Shown: positions 1 to 7,598 of the stretch, in pieces
How the letters are laid out: each line of letters begins with the position of its first letter
Position numbering within the stretch: position 1 is the stretch's first letter
DNA from: Halobacterium sp. KA-4
GTDB lineage: Archaea > Halobacteriota > Halobacteria > Halobacteriales > Halobacteriaceae
Assembly: GCF_021028995.1 (NCBI RefSeq)
Contig: NZ_JAJJZG010000002.1
Coordinates: 290,468 to 330,467 of the forward strand
DNA: 40,000 bases
Direction of reading: 5' to 3'
The notes under the pieces: generated by a model
What the model saw: only the letters and a program-made list of their open reading frames with translations
Told to the model about the DNA's origin: nothing
The model's database searches: none
Translations under genes and position numbers: made by a program

Positions 1-11
1 TGACTCCGCGC

Positions 12-248
12 TCATCGTTCCGTCCGGCGGACGTAGTGCGTGTAGACGTCACCGTCCTCAGTCTGGTCGAGGAGTTCGACGCCGCTGGTACCGTCGGCCC
101 ACCCGGCGAGGTCGCTGACACTCCCGGGGTCGGTCGCGCGCACTTCGAGGACGTCGCCGACCGCGAGGTCGTCGGTCGCCTGCTTGGTCTTGACCACTGG
201 CATCGGACAGCTCAGTCCGGTCGCGTCGAGGGTCTCGTCTGCATCCAT
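12..248 (-). CDS. tusA: TusA/SirA-family sulfur carrier protein (78 aa)
   Basis: Uses the internal ATG at 246-248 of ORF 12..587. MDADETLDATGLSCPMPVVKTK carries the CPxP active-site motif of TusA-like proteins and the composition is acidic. The longer ORF extension runs into AT-rich non-coding DNA. Confidence 0.85.
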   Translation of the reverse strand: MDADETLDATGLSCPMPVVKTKQATDDLAVGDVLEVRATDPGSVSDLAGWADGTSGVELLDQTEDGDVYTHYVRRTER

Positions 249-449
249 GATTGTGCTCGGCCTGCAATACCGACTGGTCAGGGAAAAACTCGTCGGTAGA
301 AATCCAGTAGTGAAGCAATAAGACAATATCAAAACAGCCACAGAAGGTGCAAAAGCGTATTTCTGAAGTTCTGTTGGGGCATAGTATTGTATCATATACA
401 CTCGTCTACGCGAAGGTTTATTCGTGAGCGTCCGGTAGCCACGGCCGAG
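249..449. promoter_or_regulatory. AT-rich divergent control region between tusA and the rhodanese-MBL gene
   Basis: A 201-nt gap that is much more AT-rich than its surroundings. TTTATT at 417-422 lies 28 nt before the ATG at 450. GCAATA/TATTG-type words occur at 261-272, 315-320, 323-329 and 384-390. Confidence 0.55.
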
Positions 450-1625
450 ATGAAACCCGAAGACTTCCCGGCGACCGACGCGAGCCCCGACAGCGTCGCG
501 CCGAGCGAACTGAAGTTCCGCATCGACGCCGACGAGGACGTCTTCGTCCTCGACGTGCGTGCGGCCAGCAACTACGAGGAGTGGCACATCGACAGCGGCG
601 TCGAGTCGCTGAACGTCCCGTACTTCGAATTCCTCGACGGACTCCCCGAAGACAGCCTTGCAGCACTGCCCGACGACCGCACGGTCACGGTGGTCTGTGC
701 GAAGGGCGCGTCGAGCGACTTCGTCGCGGGTCGCCTGCTCGACGCGGGCTACGACGCCGAACAGCTCGCCGACGGCATGCGCGGCTGGGCGCGCGTCTAC
801 GAGTCCCGCGAAGTCGAGACGAACGGCGACGCGACTGTCGTGCAGTACCGCCGGCCGTCCAGCGGCTGTCTCGCGTACCTCGTCGCCTCGAACGGTGAGG
901 GCGCAGTCGTCGACCCGCTACGCGCGTTCACCGACGCGTACGTCGAAGACGCTCGCGAGCGCGGCATCAGCATCAAGTACGCCGTCGACACGCACGTTCA
1001 CGCCGACCACGTCTCGGGCATCCGGGAACTCGCCGCAGCGACCGGCGCGACGGCAGTCCTTCCCGAACCGGCCGCCGCGCGCGGTGTCGACTACGAGGCG
1101 CCGTTCGAGACTGTCGCGGACGGCGACGAACTGACGGTCGGCGACGCGACCATCGAGGCCGTCCACACGCCCGGCCACACGACCGGGATGACGGCGTACC
1201 GCGTCGACGACGTCCTGTTCACGGGCGACGGCCTGTTCACCGAGAGCGTCGCGCGCCCCGACCTCGAAGACCCGGAGGCCGCCCGCGAGGCCGCGGAGAC
1301 GCTGTACGACACGCTCCACGAGCGCGTGCTCGCGCACGACGACGAGACGCTCGTCGCGCCCGCCCACTACGGCGACGGCGCGGTGCGGCGCGAGGGCGAC
1401 ACGTACACCGCGCAACTCGGCGAAATCATCGACCGTGTGGACGCGCTCTCGCTGGACCGCGAGGCGTTCGTCGAATTCGTCACCACCGACATGCCGCCGC
1501 GACCCGCGAACCACGAGGACATCGTCGCGACGAACCTCGGCGAGCGCGCGCCCGACGACGACGTGGCGTTCACGCTCGAACTCGGGCCGAACAACTGCGC
1601 GGCCAGCGGGGAGGCGGCCGAGTAG
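450..1625 (+). CDS. Rhodanese domain fused to a metallo-beta-lactamase-fold (persulfide-dioxygenase-like) domain
   Basis: Starts at the ATG at 450 (MKPEDF...). The N-terminal rhodanese has the active-site loop VVCAKGASS. The MBL metal motif HVHADHVSG (HxHxDH) follows. Its stop is directly adjacent to the next start (TAG-ATG at 1623-1628). Confidence 0.85.
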   Translation: MKPEDFPATDASPDSVAPSELKFRIDADEDVFVLDVRAASNYEEWHIDSGVESLNVPYFEFLDGLPEDSLAALPDDRTVTVVCAKGASSDFVAGRLLDAGYDAEQLADGMRGWARVYESREVETNGDATVVQYRRPSSGCLAYLVASNGEGAVVDPLRAFTDAYVEDARERGISIKYAVDTHVHADHVSGIRELAAATGATAVLPEPAAARGVDYEAPFETVADGDELTVGDATIEAVHTPGHTTGMTAYRVDDVLFTGDGLFTESVARPDLEDPEAAREAAETLYDTLHERVLAHDDETLVAPAHYGDGAVRREGDTYTAQLGEIIDRVDALSLDREAFVEFVTTDMPPRPANHEDIVATNLGERAPDDDVAFTLELGPNNCAASGEAAE

Positions 1626-2111
1626 ATGGCGGGCGCACTCGTTGCCGTCGACCTGTTCCCGCGCGGCATCGCGCAGTATCTCGCTGGCGGCCTGCTCGTC
1701 GGATTGGGGGCCGCCATCATCTACTTCGGTACCGGCATCATCGCGGGCGCGAGCACGTTCCTCGAATCCACGCTGTCGTACGTCTCCGACGTCTCGCGGT
1801 TCAACCGCGGGAAGTACGTGCGCTCGCGGGACTGGCGCGTCGTGTTCACCGTCGGCATCGTCGCCGGCGCCGCCGTCTACACGCTCGTCTCCGGGAGCGG
1901 CGCGTGGACGACTGACGTCCAGTGGTGGCGGCTGCTCGGCGGCGGCGTGCTCGTCGGCGTCGGCACCCGCGTCGGGAAGGGGTGCACGTCGGGCCACGGC
2001 GTCTGCGGCGTCGGGTCGCTGTCCAACGCCTCGCTCGTGAACGTCGTGACGTTCCTCGGCGTCGCCATCGGGACGGCGCAACTGGTGCAGGCTGTGGGGG
2101 TGTCGCCGTGA
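1626..2111 (+). CDS. YeeE/YedE-family sulfur-compound transport membrane protein (part 1)
   Basis: Hydrophobic 161-aa protein with the conserved GCTSGHGVCG cysteine motif typical of the YeeE/YedE sulfur transport domain. Confidence 0.8.
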   Translation: MAGALVAVDLFPRGIAQYLAGGLLVGLGAAIIYFGTGIIAGASTFLESTLSYVSDVSRFNRGKYVRSRDWRVVFTVGIVAGAAVYTLVSGSGAWTTDVQWWRLLGGGVLVGVGTRVGKGCTSGHGVCGVGSLSNASLVNVVTFLGVAIGTAQLVQAVGVSP

Positions 2112-2560
2112 GCCGCGAGGATGAAGTGACCGACGGGAGCGAACGCAGTCCGTGGGTGCTGGCCGTCGTGCTGCTGGGCGGGCTCGTGTTCGGGTTCGGG
2201 CTGGCGCTCAGTGAGATGGCGAAACCCGAAGTCGTCCTGGACTTCCTCCAGTTGGAGGACCTCGGGCTCGTCTTCGTGATGGGCGGCGCGGCCATCGTCT
2301 CCGGGCTGTCCTTTTTCGTCGCGACGCGGTACCTCGACCGCGCACCGGTGACGGGAACGAGGTACTCGCGTCGGCTGAAGGACCTCGACCGGAACGTCGT
2401 CGGCGGCGGCGCGGTGTTCGGGGTCGGCTGGGGAATCTCGGGCATCTGCCCGGGCGCGGCGTACGCCAGCCTCGGCATCGGCAACCTCCCGATTCTGTGG
2501 GGCGTCGCGGGGATGGTCCTCGGGGCGTACACACAGGGGTACTGGCGGAGCCGCGACTGA
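2108..2560 (+). CDS. YeeE/YedE-family sulfur-compound transport membrane protein (part 2)
   Basis: GTG at 2108 overlaps the upstream stop (GTGA). The membrane protein contains GWGISGICPGAAYASLG, the second half-domain motif of YeeE/YedE. In frame with ORF 1922..2560. Confidence 0.75.
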   Translation: MSREDEVTDGSERSPWVLAVVLLGGLVFGFGLALSEMAKPEVVLDFLQLEDLGLVFVMGGAAIVSGLSFFVATRYLDRAPVTGTRYSRRLKDLDRNVVGGGAVFGVGWGISGICPGAAYASLGIGNLPILWGVAGMVLGAYTQGYWRSRD

Positions 2561-2591
2561 CGGTATTGCAGGGTCGCTACAAACCTTTTTA
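2561..2591 (+). promoter_or_regulatory. Promoter of the wHTH regulator: CGGTATTGCAGG motif plus TTTTTA TATA-like box
   Basis: TTTTTA at 2586-2591 lies 28 nt before the ATG at 2619, the spacing expected for a leaderless transcript. The 12-mer at 2561-2572 is the exact reverse complement of 261-272. Confidence 0.5.
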
Positions 2592-2618
2592 CGGCTCAGC
2601 GGCGTACTTCCCGCCGAG

Positions 2619-3050
2619 ATGCCAGATTCGATGCGCGACTACCTCCAGCGGGACATGGAGTGCGAGGGGCTCCTCGAATGTTTCCACGGGCTCCGCGACC
2701 TCGACCGGCGCGTGTTCGGGCTGCTCGTCGAGACGGGCGAGCCGCTGACCGTCGACGAAGTCAGCGACCGCATCGACCGCGAGCGCTCGACGGCCTACCG
2801 GTCGGTCCAGCGGCTGATGGACGCCGACCTCGTCGAGAAGCACCAGGTGAACTACGACCACGGCGGCTACTACCACGTCTACGAGCCCGCCGACCCCGAC
2901 GAGATCGCCGACGAGATGCAGCGCATGCTCAACGACTGGTACGCGAAGATGGGCCAGCTCATCGGCGAGTTCCGCGAGGAGTACGAGCACGTCGACGCGG
3001 CCGACACGGACGCCGACCCCGAGACCGCAGCACCGCCCGCCGACCAGTAA
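2619..3050 (+). CDS. Winged-helix (TrmB/ArsR-like) transcriptional regulator
   Basis: 143 aa. LTVDEVSDRIDRERSTAYRSVQRLMDADLV looks like an HTH recognition segment, and the C-terminal tail is acidic. Confidence 0.7.
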   Translation: MPDSMRDYLQRDMECEGLLECFHGLRDLDRRVFGLLVETGEPLTVDEVSDRIDRERSTAYRSVQRLMDADLVEKHQVNYDHGGYYHVYEPADPDEIADEMQRMLNDWYAKMGQLIGEFREEYEHVDAADTDADPETAAPPADQ

Positions 3051-3064
3051 CGCGGCCGTCGCTG

Positions 3065-4285
3065 TCAGTGCGCGTGCGCCCCCTCGGCTTCTTCGTCGGC
3101 GCTCGTGCCGTACATCAGGTAGAGCTGCGCGAGCAACACCAGCGTGAACGCCGCGTTCAGGTAGCGCGTGTAGCCGGACGGTGCGGTGCCGCCGACTTCA
3201 CCCGGTTGCGGGACGAGTTCGAGCCCGTGCCACGCGTAGTGAATGACGATGCCGGAGACGACGGCCGTCACGAAGATGCCGACGAACAGCACCGCCGCCA
3301 TCCGCAGCCCGTAGTACCGCCGGTAGGCGTCGGTGATGGTCGGGACGATAAGGTCCGCGAAGATGAACGACATGACGCCGCCGAACGCGATGCCGTTGCT
3401 CCAGAGGATGACCGCGAACGGGACGTTCCCCACCGAGCAGACGAACGTCACGACGCCGACCGTGACGCCGATTATCGCGCTCGCGGCGACCCACGTGAAC
3501 GACCCCTGCGCGCCGACGTCGAACAGCGTCGTCCACCACGCGCGCGGCACGAACGCGCCGATGAGCCCCGCGACGAGGAACCCGGCGACGATGTCCGTCC
3601 ACAGCATCTTCCACTCGCCGACCGCGTTCTTCGCGGCGAGCCGCCAGCCCTGCCGGGTCGCGAGACTGGGCTGGCGCTCACCGGCCTCCCGTTCGTCGCG
3701 ATACGTGCGCTTGCAGGACTCCGAGCAGAAGTACTCGGTCCCCGAGTCGGCCTCCAGCGTGACGACGTCGTCGCTGGTCGGGTCGACGTCCATCCCACAG
3801 ACCGGGTCGCGGACGCCCTCCGTCGACTGGACGTGGTCGCGGGCGGCCGCGAACCACTCCTCGGGCACGACGTACTGGAAGACGGCGGCGAGCAGCACGA
3901 TGAGCAACAGGCCGGCGGCGTAGTCCGCGAGCACGAACTCCCAGCCGAGCAGAATCCACATCACGAGCCCGAGCTCGATGACGAGGTTCGTGGACGCGAA
4001 CTGGAACGCCGCCAGACTCGCTATCGGCGACGCGCCCTTCTTGAAGAGGCTCTTCGTCGTCGCGACCGCGCCGAACGAACACGACGACGACGCCGCGCCG
4101 AACAGCGTGCCGAGGCCGAGCTCGCGTAGGCCAGACCCGCCGAGCACCCGGGACATCCGCTCCTCGCTGACGAACGTCTCGACGGCACCCGCGATGGTGA
4201 ACCCGAGCACGAGCGCCCACCACGTCTCCCAGAACATCTCCCCGCCGAGCCGGAGTCCCTCCGCGAGCGTGTCGACGACGCTCAT
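3065..4285 (-). CDS. Multi-pass permease (UPF0718/ArsP-like) with an internal YHS/TRASH metal-binding domain
   Basis: 406-aa polytopic membrane protein. The central soluble insert DPVCGMDVDPTSDDVVTLEADSGTEYFCSESCKRTY matches the YHS/TRASH cysteine pattern. Confidence 0.8.
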   Translation of the reverse strand: MSVVDTLAEGLRLGGEMFWETWWALVLGFTIAGAVETFVSEERMSRVLGGSGLRELGLGTLFGAASSSCSFGAVATTKSLFKKGASPIASLAAFQFASTNLVIELGLVMWILLGWEFVLADYAAGLLLIVLLAAVFQYVVPEEWFAAARDHVQSTEGVRDPVCGMDVDPTSDDVVTLEADSGTEYFCSESCKRTYRDEREAGERQPSLATRQGWRLAAKNAVGEWKMLWTDIVAGFLVAGLIGAFVPRAWWTTLFDVGAQGSFTWVAASAIIGVTVGVVTFVCSVGNVPFAVILWSNGIAFGGVMSFIFADLIVPTITDAYRRYYGLRMAAVLFVGIFVTAVVSGIVIHYAWHGLELVPQPGEVGGTAPSGYTRYLNAAFTLVLLAQLYLMYGTSADEEAEGAHAH

Positions 4286-4405
4286 GTACGAGGGTACGGA
4301 CGCCTCGCTTAGTGGCGTTGTGGTTGGATTCGTTCGGCTATCTGCGGGTGAAAGTTTGGAACGTGAAGCGAACGCGCCGCTACGAAGTCGAGTGTCGAAG
4401 TAGAA

Positions 4406-4478
4406 TAGTCCATCCTGGATTCGAACCAGGGTCGAAGCCCCCAGAAGGCTTCAGGATTGGCCACTACCCCAATGGACT
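4406..4478 (-). tRNA. tRNA-Gln (anticodon CTG)
   Basis: The reverse complement folds as a cloverleaf: acceptor AGTCCAT/ATGGACT, T arm CCTGG-TTCGAAT-CCAGG, anticodon arm AAGCC-TTCTGGG-GGCTT (T33, anticodon CTG), discriminator A. No CCA is encoded and there is no intron. Confidence 0.85.
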
Positions 4479-4629
4479 GCTCGCACACGATAGAAGGCGA
4501 CTGTGGCTTATGAGTGTTGCGAACCCCGACGACGGAGACGCGCCGAGCAGCCGTGACGCCGCGTCGCGCCGACACCGCGAACGTGTGTAGTTCGACGCCT
4601 ATTTGCCGCCCGAGAATGCACGTTCTCGT

Positions 4630-5214
4630 ATGTACGTCGGACGGTTCGTCGTCGTCGGTCCGGACGTGGCAGCGTATCGAGTGTCCTCGCGGTCGTTCCC
4701 GAACCGCCAGGTGGTCGAGCGCGAGGATGCGCTGACGGTCGCGCCCACGCCGGACGCGCCGGAGACGGACAACCCCTACGTGTCGTACAACTGCTACCGG
4801 ACGGCAGCGGGCCACGCGGTCGTCGGGAACGGCAGCCACGTCGACCCGATTACGGAGAAACTCGGCCTGGGCTACCCGGCGCGGGACGCGCTCGCGGCGT
4901 CGCTGCTCGCGCTCGACTACGAGAAAGACGACTACGACACACCCCGCATCGCGGGCGTGCTGACGCCCGACCGCGACGCGTTCCTTGGGACCGTGCGGAA
5001 GGACGCGCTGCTCGTGGAGGCCGTCGACGAGCCGACGCTCGTCGCGACCTACGAGAAGGACAGCCCGGAGCCAATCGGTTTCGAGGCCGACACCGCCAGC
5101 GAAGTGGCTGCGGAGGCGTACAGCGCGGCGTTCGAGCACGCGGTCTGTGCGGTCGGCGTCGTGCGCGACGGCGACGGCTACGCGACGGCAATCGAGAACG
5201 GGCCCGAGAACTAA
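4630..5214 (+). CDS. purO: Archaeal IMP cyclohydrolase
   Basis: Internal ATG at 4630 ([10 protein letters not shown]..., the typical PurO N-terminus). TATTTG at 4600-4605 lies 25 nt upstream. Confidence 0.85.
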   Translation: MYVGRFVVVGPDVAAYRVSSRSFPNRQVVEREDALTVAPTPDAPETDNPYVSYNCYRTAAGHAVVGNGSHVDPITEKLGLGYPARDALAASLLALDYEKDDYDTPRIAGVLTPDRDAFLGTVRKDALLVEAVDEPTLVATYEKDSPEPIGFEADTASEVAAEAYSAAFEHAVCAVGVVRDGDGYATAIENGPEN

Positions 5215-5239
5215 GGGCGACCGGCACCGACCGGCAGCC

Positions 5240-5899
5240 ATGAAGGTCGGCGTCGTCTCCGATATCCACTCGAATCTGGTCGCGCTGGAGGCAGTGTTCG
5301 ACGACCTGCCGGCCGTGGACGCGCTCGTCTGCGCCGGCGACGTCGTCGGCTACAACCCGTGGCCCGCGGAGTGCGTGGACGCGCTCCGCGAGCGCGACGT
5401 CCCGACGGTGATGGGAAACCACGACCGGATGGTGGCGACCGACCGGAACTTCGGCGGGAACGGGATGGCACAGGCGGGCGTGAGACACGCCAAGCGGGAG
5501 TTGAACGACGTCCAGCGCGGCTGGGTCGAACGACTCCCCCGCGAGCGGACGCTGTTCGACGGGCGCGTGAAGGTCGTCCACGACCATCCCGAGGTACAGG
5601 ACCGCTACACGTACCCGGAGGCGTTCGGTCCGCACCTGCTCGGCGACGAGGACGTCCTGATTCTCGGGCACACGCACGTCCAGCACCACGAGGTCTACGA
5701 CGAGGGCGTCGTGCTGAACCCGGGGAGCGTCGGCCAGCCGCGGGACCGCGACCCGCGTGCGGCGTACGCGGTGCTGGACGTCGAGGAAGCGACGGTCGAA
5801 GAACACCGCGTCGAATACGACGTCGACCGCGTCGCAGAGGCAGTGCGGGACGCGGGGTTGCCGGACGCGACCGCCGAGCGACTCGCGGACGGTCGGTGA
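5240..5899 (+). CDS. Metallophosphoesterase (YfcE/MJ0936-like)
   Basis: ATG at 5240 in frame with ORF 4985..5899. Calcineurin-like motifs present: VVSDIHSN, GDVVGY, GNHD, GHTH. Confidence 0.8.
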   Translation: MKVGVVSDIHSNLVALEAVFDDLPAVDALVCAGDVVGYNPWPAECVDALRERDVPTVMGNHDRMVATDRNFGGNGMAQAGVRHAKRELNDVQRGWVERLPRERTLFDGRVKVVHDHPEVQDRYTYPEAFGPHLLGDEDVLILGHTHVQHHEVYDEGVVLNPGSVGQPRDRDPRAAYAVLDVEEATVEEHRVEYDVDRVAEAVRDAGLPDATAERLADGR

Positions 5900-7084
5900 T
5901 TAGGAACTGAAGTGGTCCTGGACGATGTCCAGGGTCTTCTCGCGGTCGTCCCAGTCGACGAAGACGGCCACGGAGGTGGCGCTGGAGATGATGTCGATGA
6001 CGTTGATGCCGGCCTCCGCGATGGGGTCGACGATGCGCCGGAGGACGCCCGGCTGGTTCGGAAGTTCGCCGCCCAGCACGCGAATGACCGCAACCTCGTC
6101 GCGGACGGTGACCGAGGAGAGTTCGCCGACCTCGATGACCTCGCTGTGGAGGACGTTCTCGGCGCGCTCGGCGACGCCCTCGTCGACGTAGAACGTCATC
6201 GAGTCCATGCCGGAGGCGACCGCGTCGACGTTGATGTCGCTGTCGTGGAGCGCGGTCGACAGCGTCGACATGATGCCGGGGCGGTTGCGGATGGCGCGCC
6301 CGGCGACGGTGAGACACGCCAGCGGCGTGTCCCGCATGTCGATCATGTTCTCGAACTGGCCCTCGATTTTCGTGCCACCCGAGAGCAGGTCGCCGTGCTG
6401 GTAGTGAATGACGCGGACGTCGAGGTCGTCGTCCTTGAACGAGAGGGCGGAGGGGGCGACCACCTCGGCACCGCGGAAGGAGAGGTTGCGGAGTTCGTCG
6501 ACGGTGATTTCGCCGACGTTGCGCGCGCCCTCGACGACGTGGGGGTCGCCGGTCATGACGCCCTCGACGTCGGTGACGATGACGACCTCGTCGGCGTTGG
6601 CGTACCGGCCGAGCATCACGGCAGTGGTGTCGCTGCCGCCGCGCCCGAGCGTCGTCACGTTGCCCTCGTGGTCCTCGGCGAGGAAGCCCGTGATGACGGG
6701 GACGACCTCGTCGAGGTCCTCGGCGAGCGCTTCGACGCGTTTCTTCGTCTCCTCGACGTCGACTTCGCCGCGGTCGTTGGCGACGACCGGCCAGTCGGGG
6801 TGGCCGGGTTCGAGGAAGACGGCGTCGACGCCGCGGGCGGTCAGCGCCGCCTTCAGCATCCGCACCGACGTGCGTTCGCCCATCGAGACGATTTCCGCGC
6901 GGTCGGCATCGTCGGCGTCGAACGTGATGTCGTCGAGGAGTTCGTCGGTCGTGTTCCCCATCGCCGACGCGACGACCGCCAGTTCGTGGCCGGCGGCGAC
7001 CGCGTCTGCGATGGAGTCGGCGGCCCGCTCGATGCGGTCGCCGCTCCCGAGACTAGTGCCGCCGAACTTCGCGACTACGCGCAT
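5900..7084 (-). CDS. lysC: Aspartate kinase
   Basis: Internal ATG at 7084 (MRVVAKFGGTSLG, the KFGGTS kinase signature). Amino-acid kinase fold followed by C-terminal ACT-like repeats. The upstream ORF extension is Ser/Pro-rich and non-acidic. Confidence 0.85.
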   Translation of the reverse strand: MRVVAKFGGTSLGSGDRIERAADSIADAVAAGHELAVVASAMGNTTDELLDDITFDADDADRAEIVSMGERTSVRMLKAALTARGVDAVFLEPGHPDWPVVANDRGEVDVEETKKRVEALAEDLDEVVPVITGFLAEDHEGNVTTLGRGGSDTTAVMLGRYANADEVVIVTDVEGVMTGDPHVVEGARNVGEITVDELRNLSFRGAEVVAPSALSFKDDDLDVRVIHYQHGDLLSGGTKIEGQFENMIDMRDTPLACLTVAGRAIRNRPGIMSTLSTALHDSDINVDAVASGMDSMTFYVDEGVAERAENVLHSEVIEVGELSSVTVRDEVAVIRVLGGELPNQPGVLRRIVDPIAEAGINVIDIISSATSVAVFVDWDDREKTLDIVQDHFSS

Positions 7085-7220
7085 CGCTTCCCACCGGTCA
7101 TCGGAGCCGTGCTCATAGCCGGGTCGTAGGGACGCGGGCGGTGATAACTGCTTGCATGCACGAAACGGTTGCCGTTCTCGCGGCCGCGGCGTTAAGTTGG
7201 TCGCTCGCGTACTTGAGGGT

Positions 7221-7598
7221 ATGAACGTTCGTGACGCGACGGCCGAGGACGCGGCCGCGCTGGACGCGCTCGCCGACGACGACCTCGACGCCGCGCGCCT
7301 CGTCAGGGACCGCACGGTACGCGTCGCGGAGAACGACGACGGGCTCGCGGGGTTCGTCGCGTTCGACGCGTGGCGCGGCGCCGTCCACGTCACGCGACTG
7401 GCGGGCGACCCGGAGACGCTCGGCGAACTGCTGGACGGCCCCCGCGACTTCGCGGCCCACGAGGGGCTCGCGGTGGAGGCCGTGCTGGTCGAGGGTGACG
7501 AACTCGGCGACATCCTGTTGAACGAGGGCTTCGAGGACGCCGGGGCGGGACCGCGCTTCGACGGCGAGCAGACGCGGCGGTACCGGTACGTGCCCTAG
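7221..7598 (+). CDS. Small GNAT-like N-acetyltransferase (putative)
   Basis: ATG at 7221 (MNVRDATAEDAAAL...). Acidic 125-aa protein with a GNAT-like beta-strand/helix pattern. The call rests on weak similarity only. Confidence 0.5.
   Translation: MNVRDATAEDAAALDALADDDLDAARLVRDRTVRVAENDDGLAGFVAFDAWRGAVHVTRLAGDPETLGELLDGPRDFAAHEGLAVEAVLVEGDELGDILLNEGFEDAGAGPRFDGEQTRRYRYVP

Noticed and set aside
249-587. N-terminal extension of the TusA ORF (MIQYYAPTELQKYAFAPSVAVLILSYCFTTGFL...) that would add a hydrophobic segment.
   Set aside because: The extension lies in the AT-rich intergenic region with atypical codon usage and non-acidic composition. TusA-like proteins are about 75-80 aa, and the ATG at 248 gives exactly that.
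4406-4478. tRNA-Gln as a possible integration hotspot flanked by a mobile or defence island.
   Set aside because: No integrase, no direct repeat of the tRNA 3' end and no compositional shift nearby. The flanking genes are housekeeping or transport genes.
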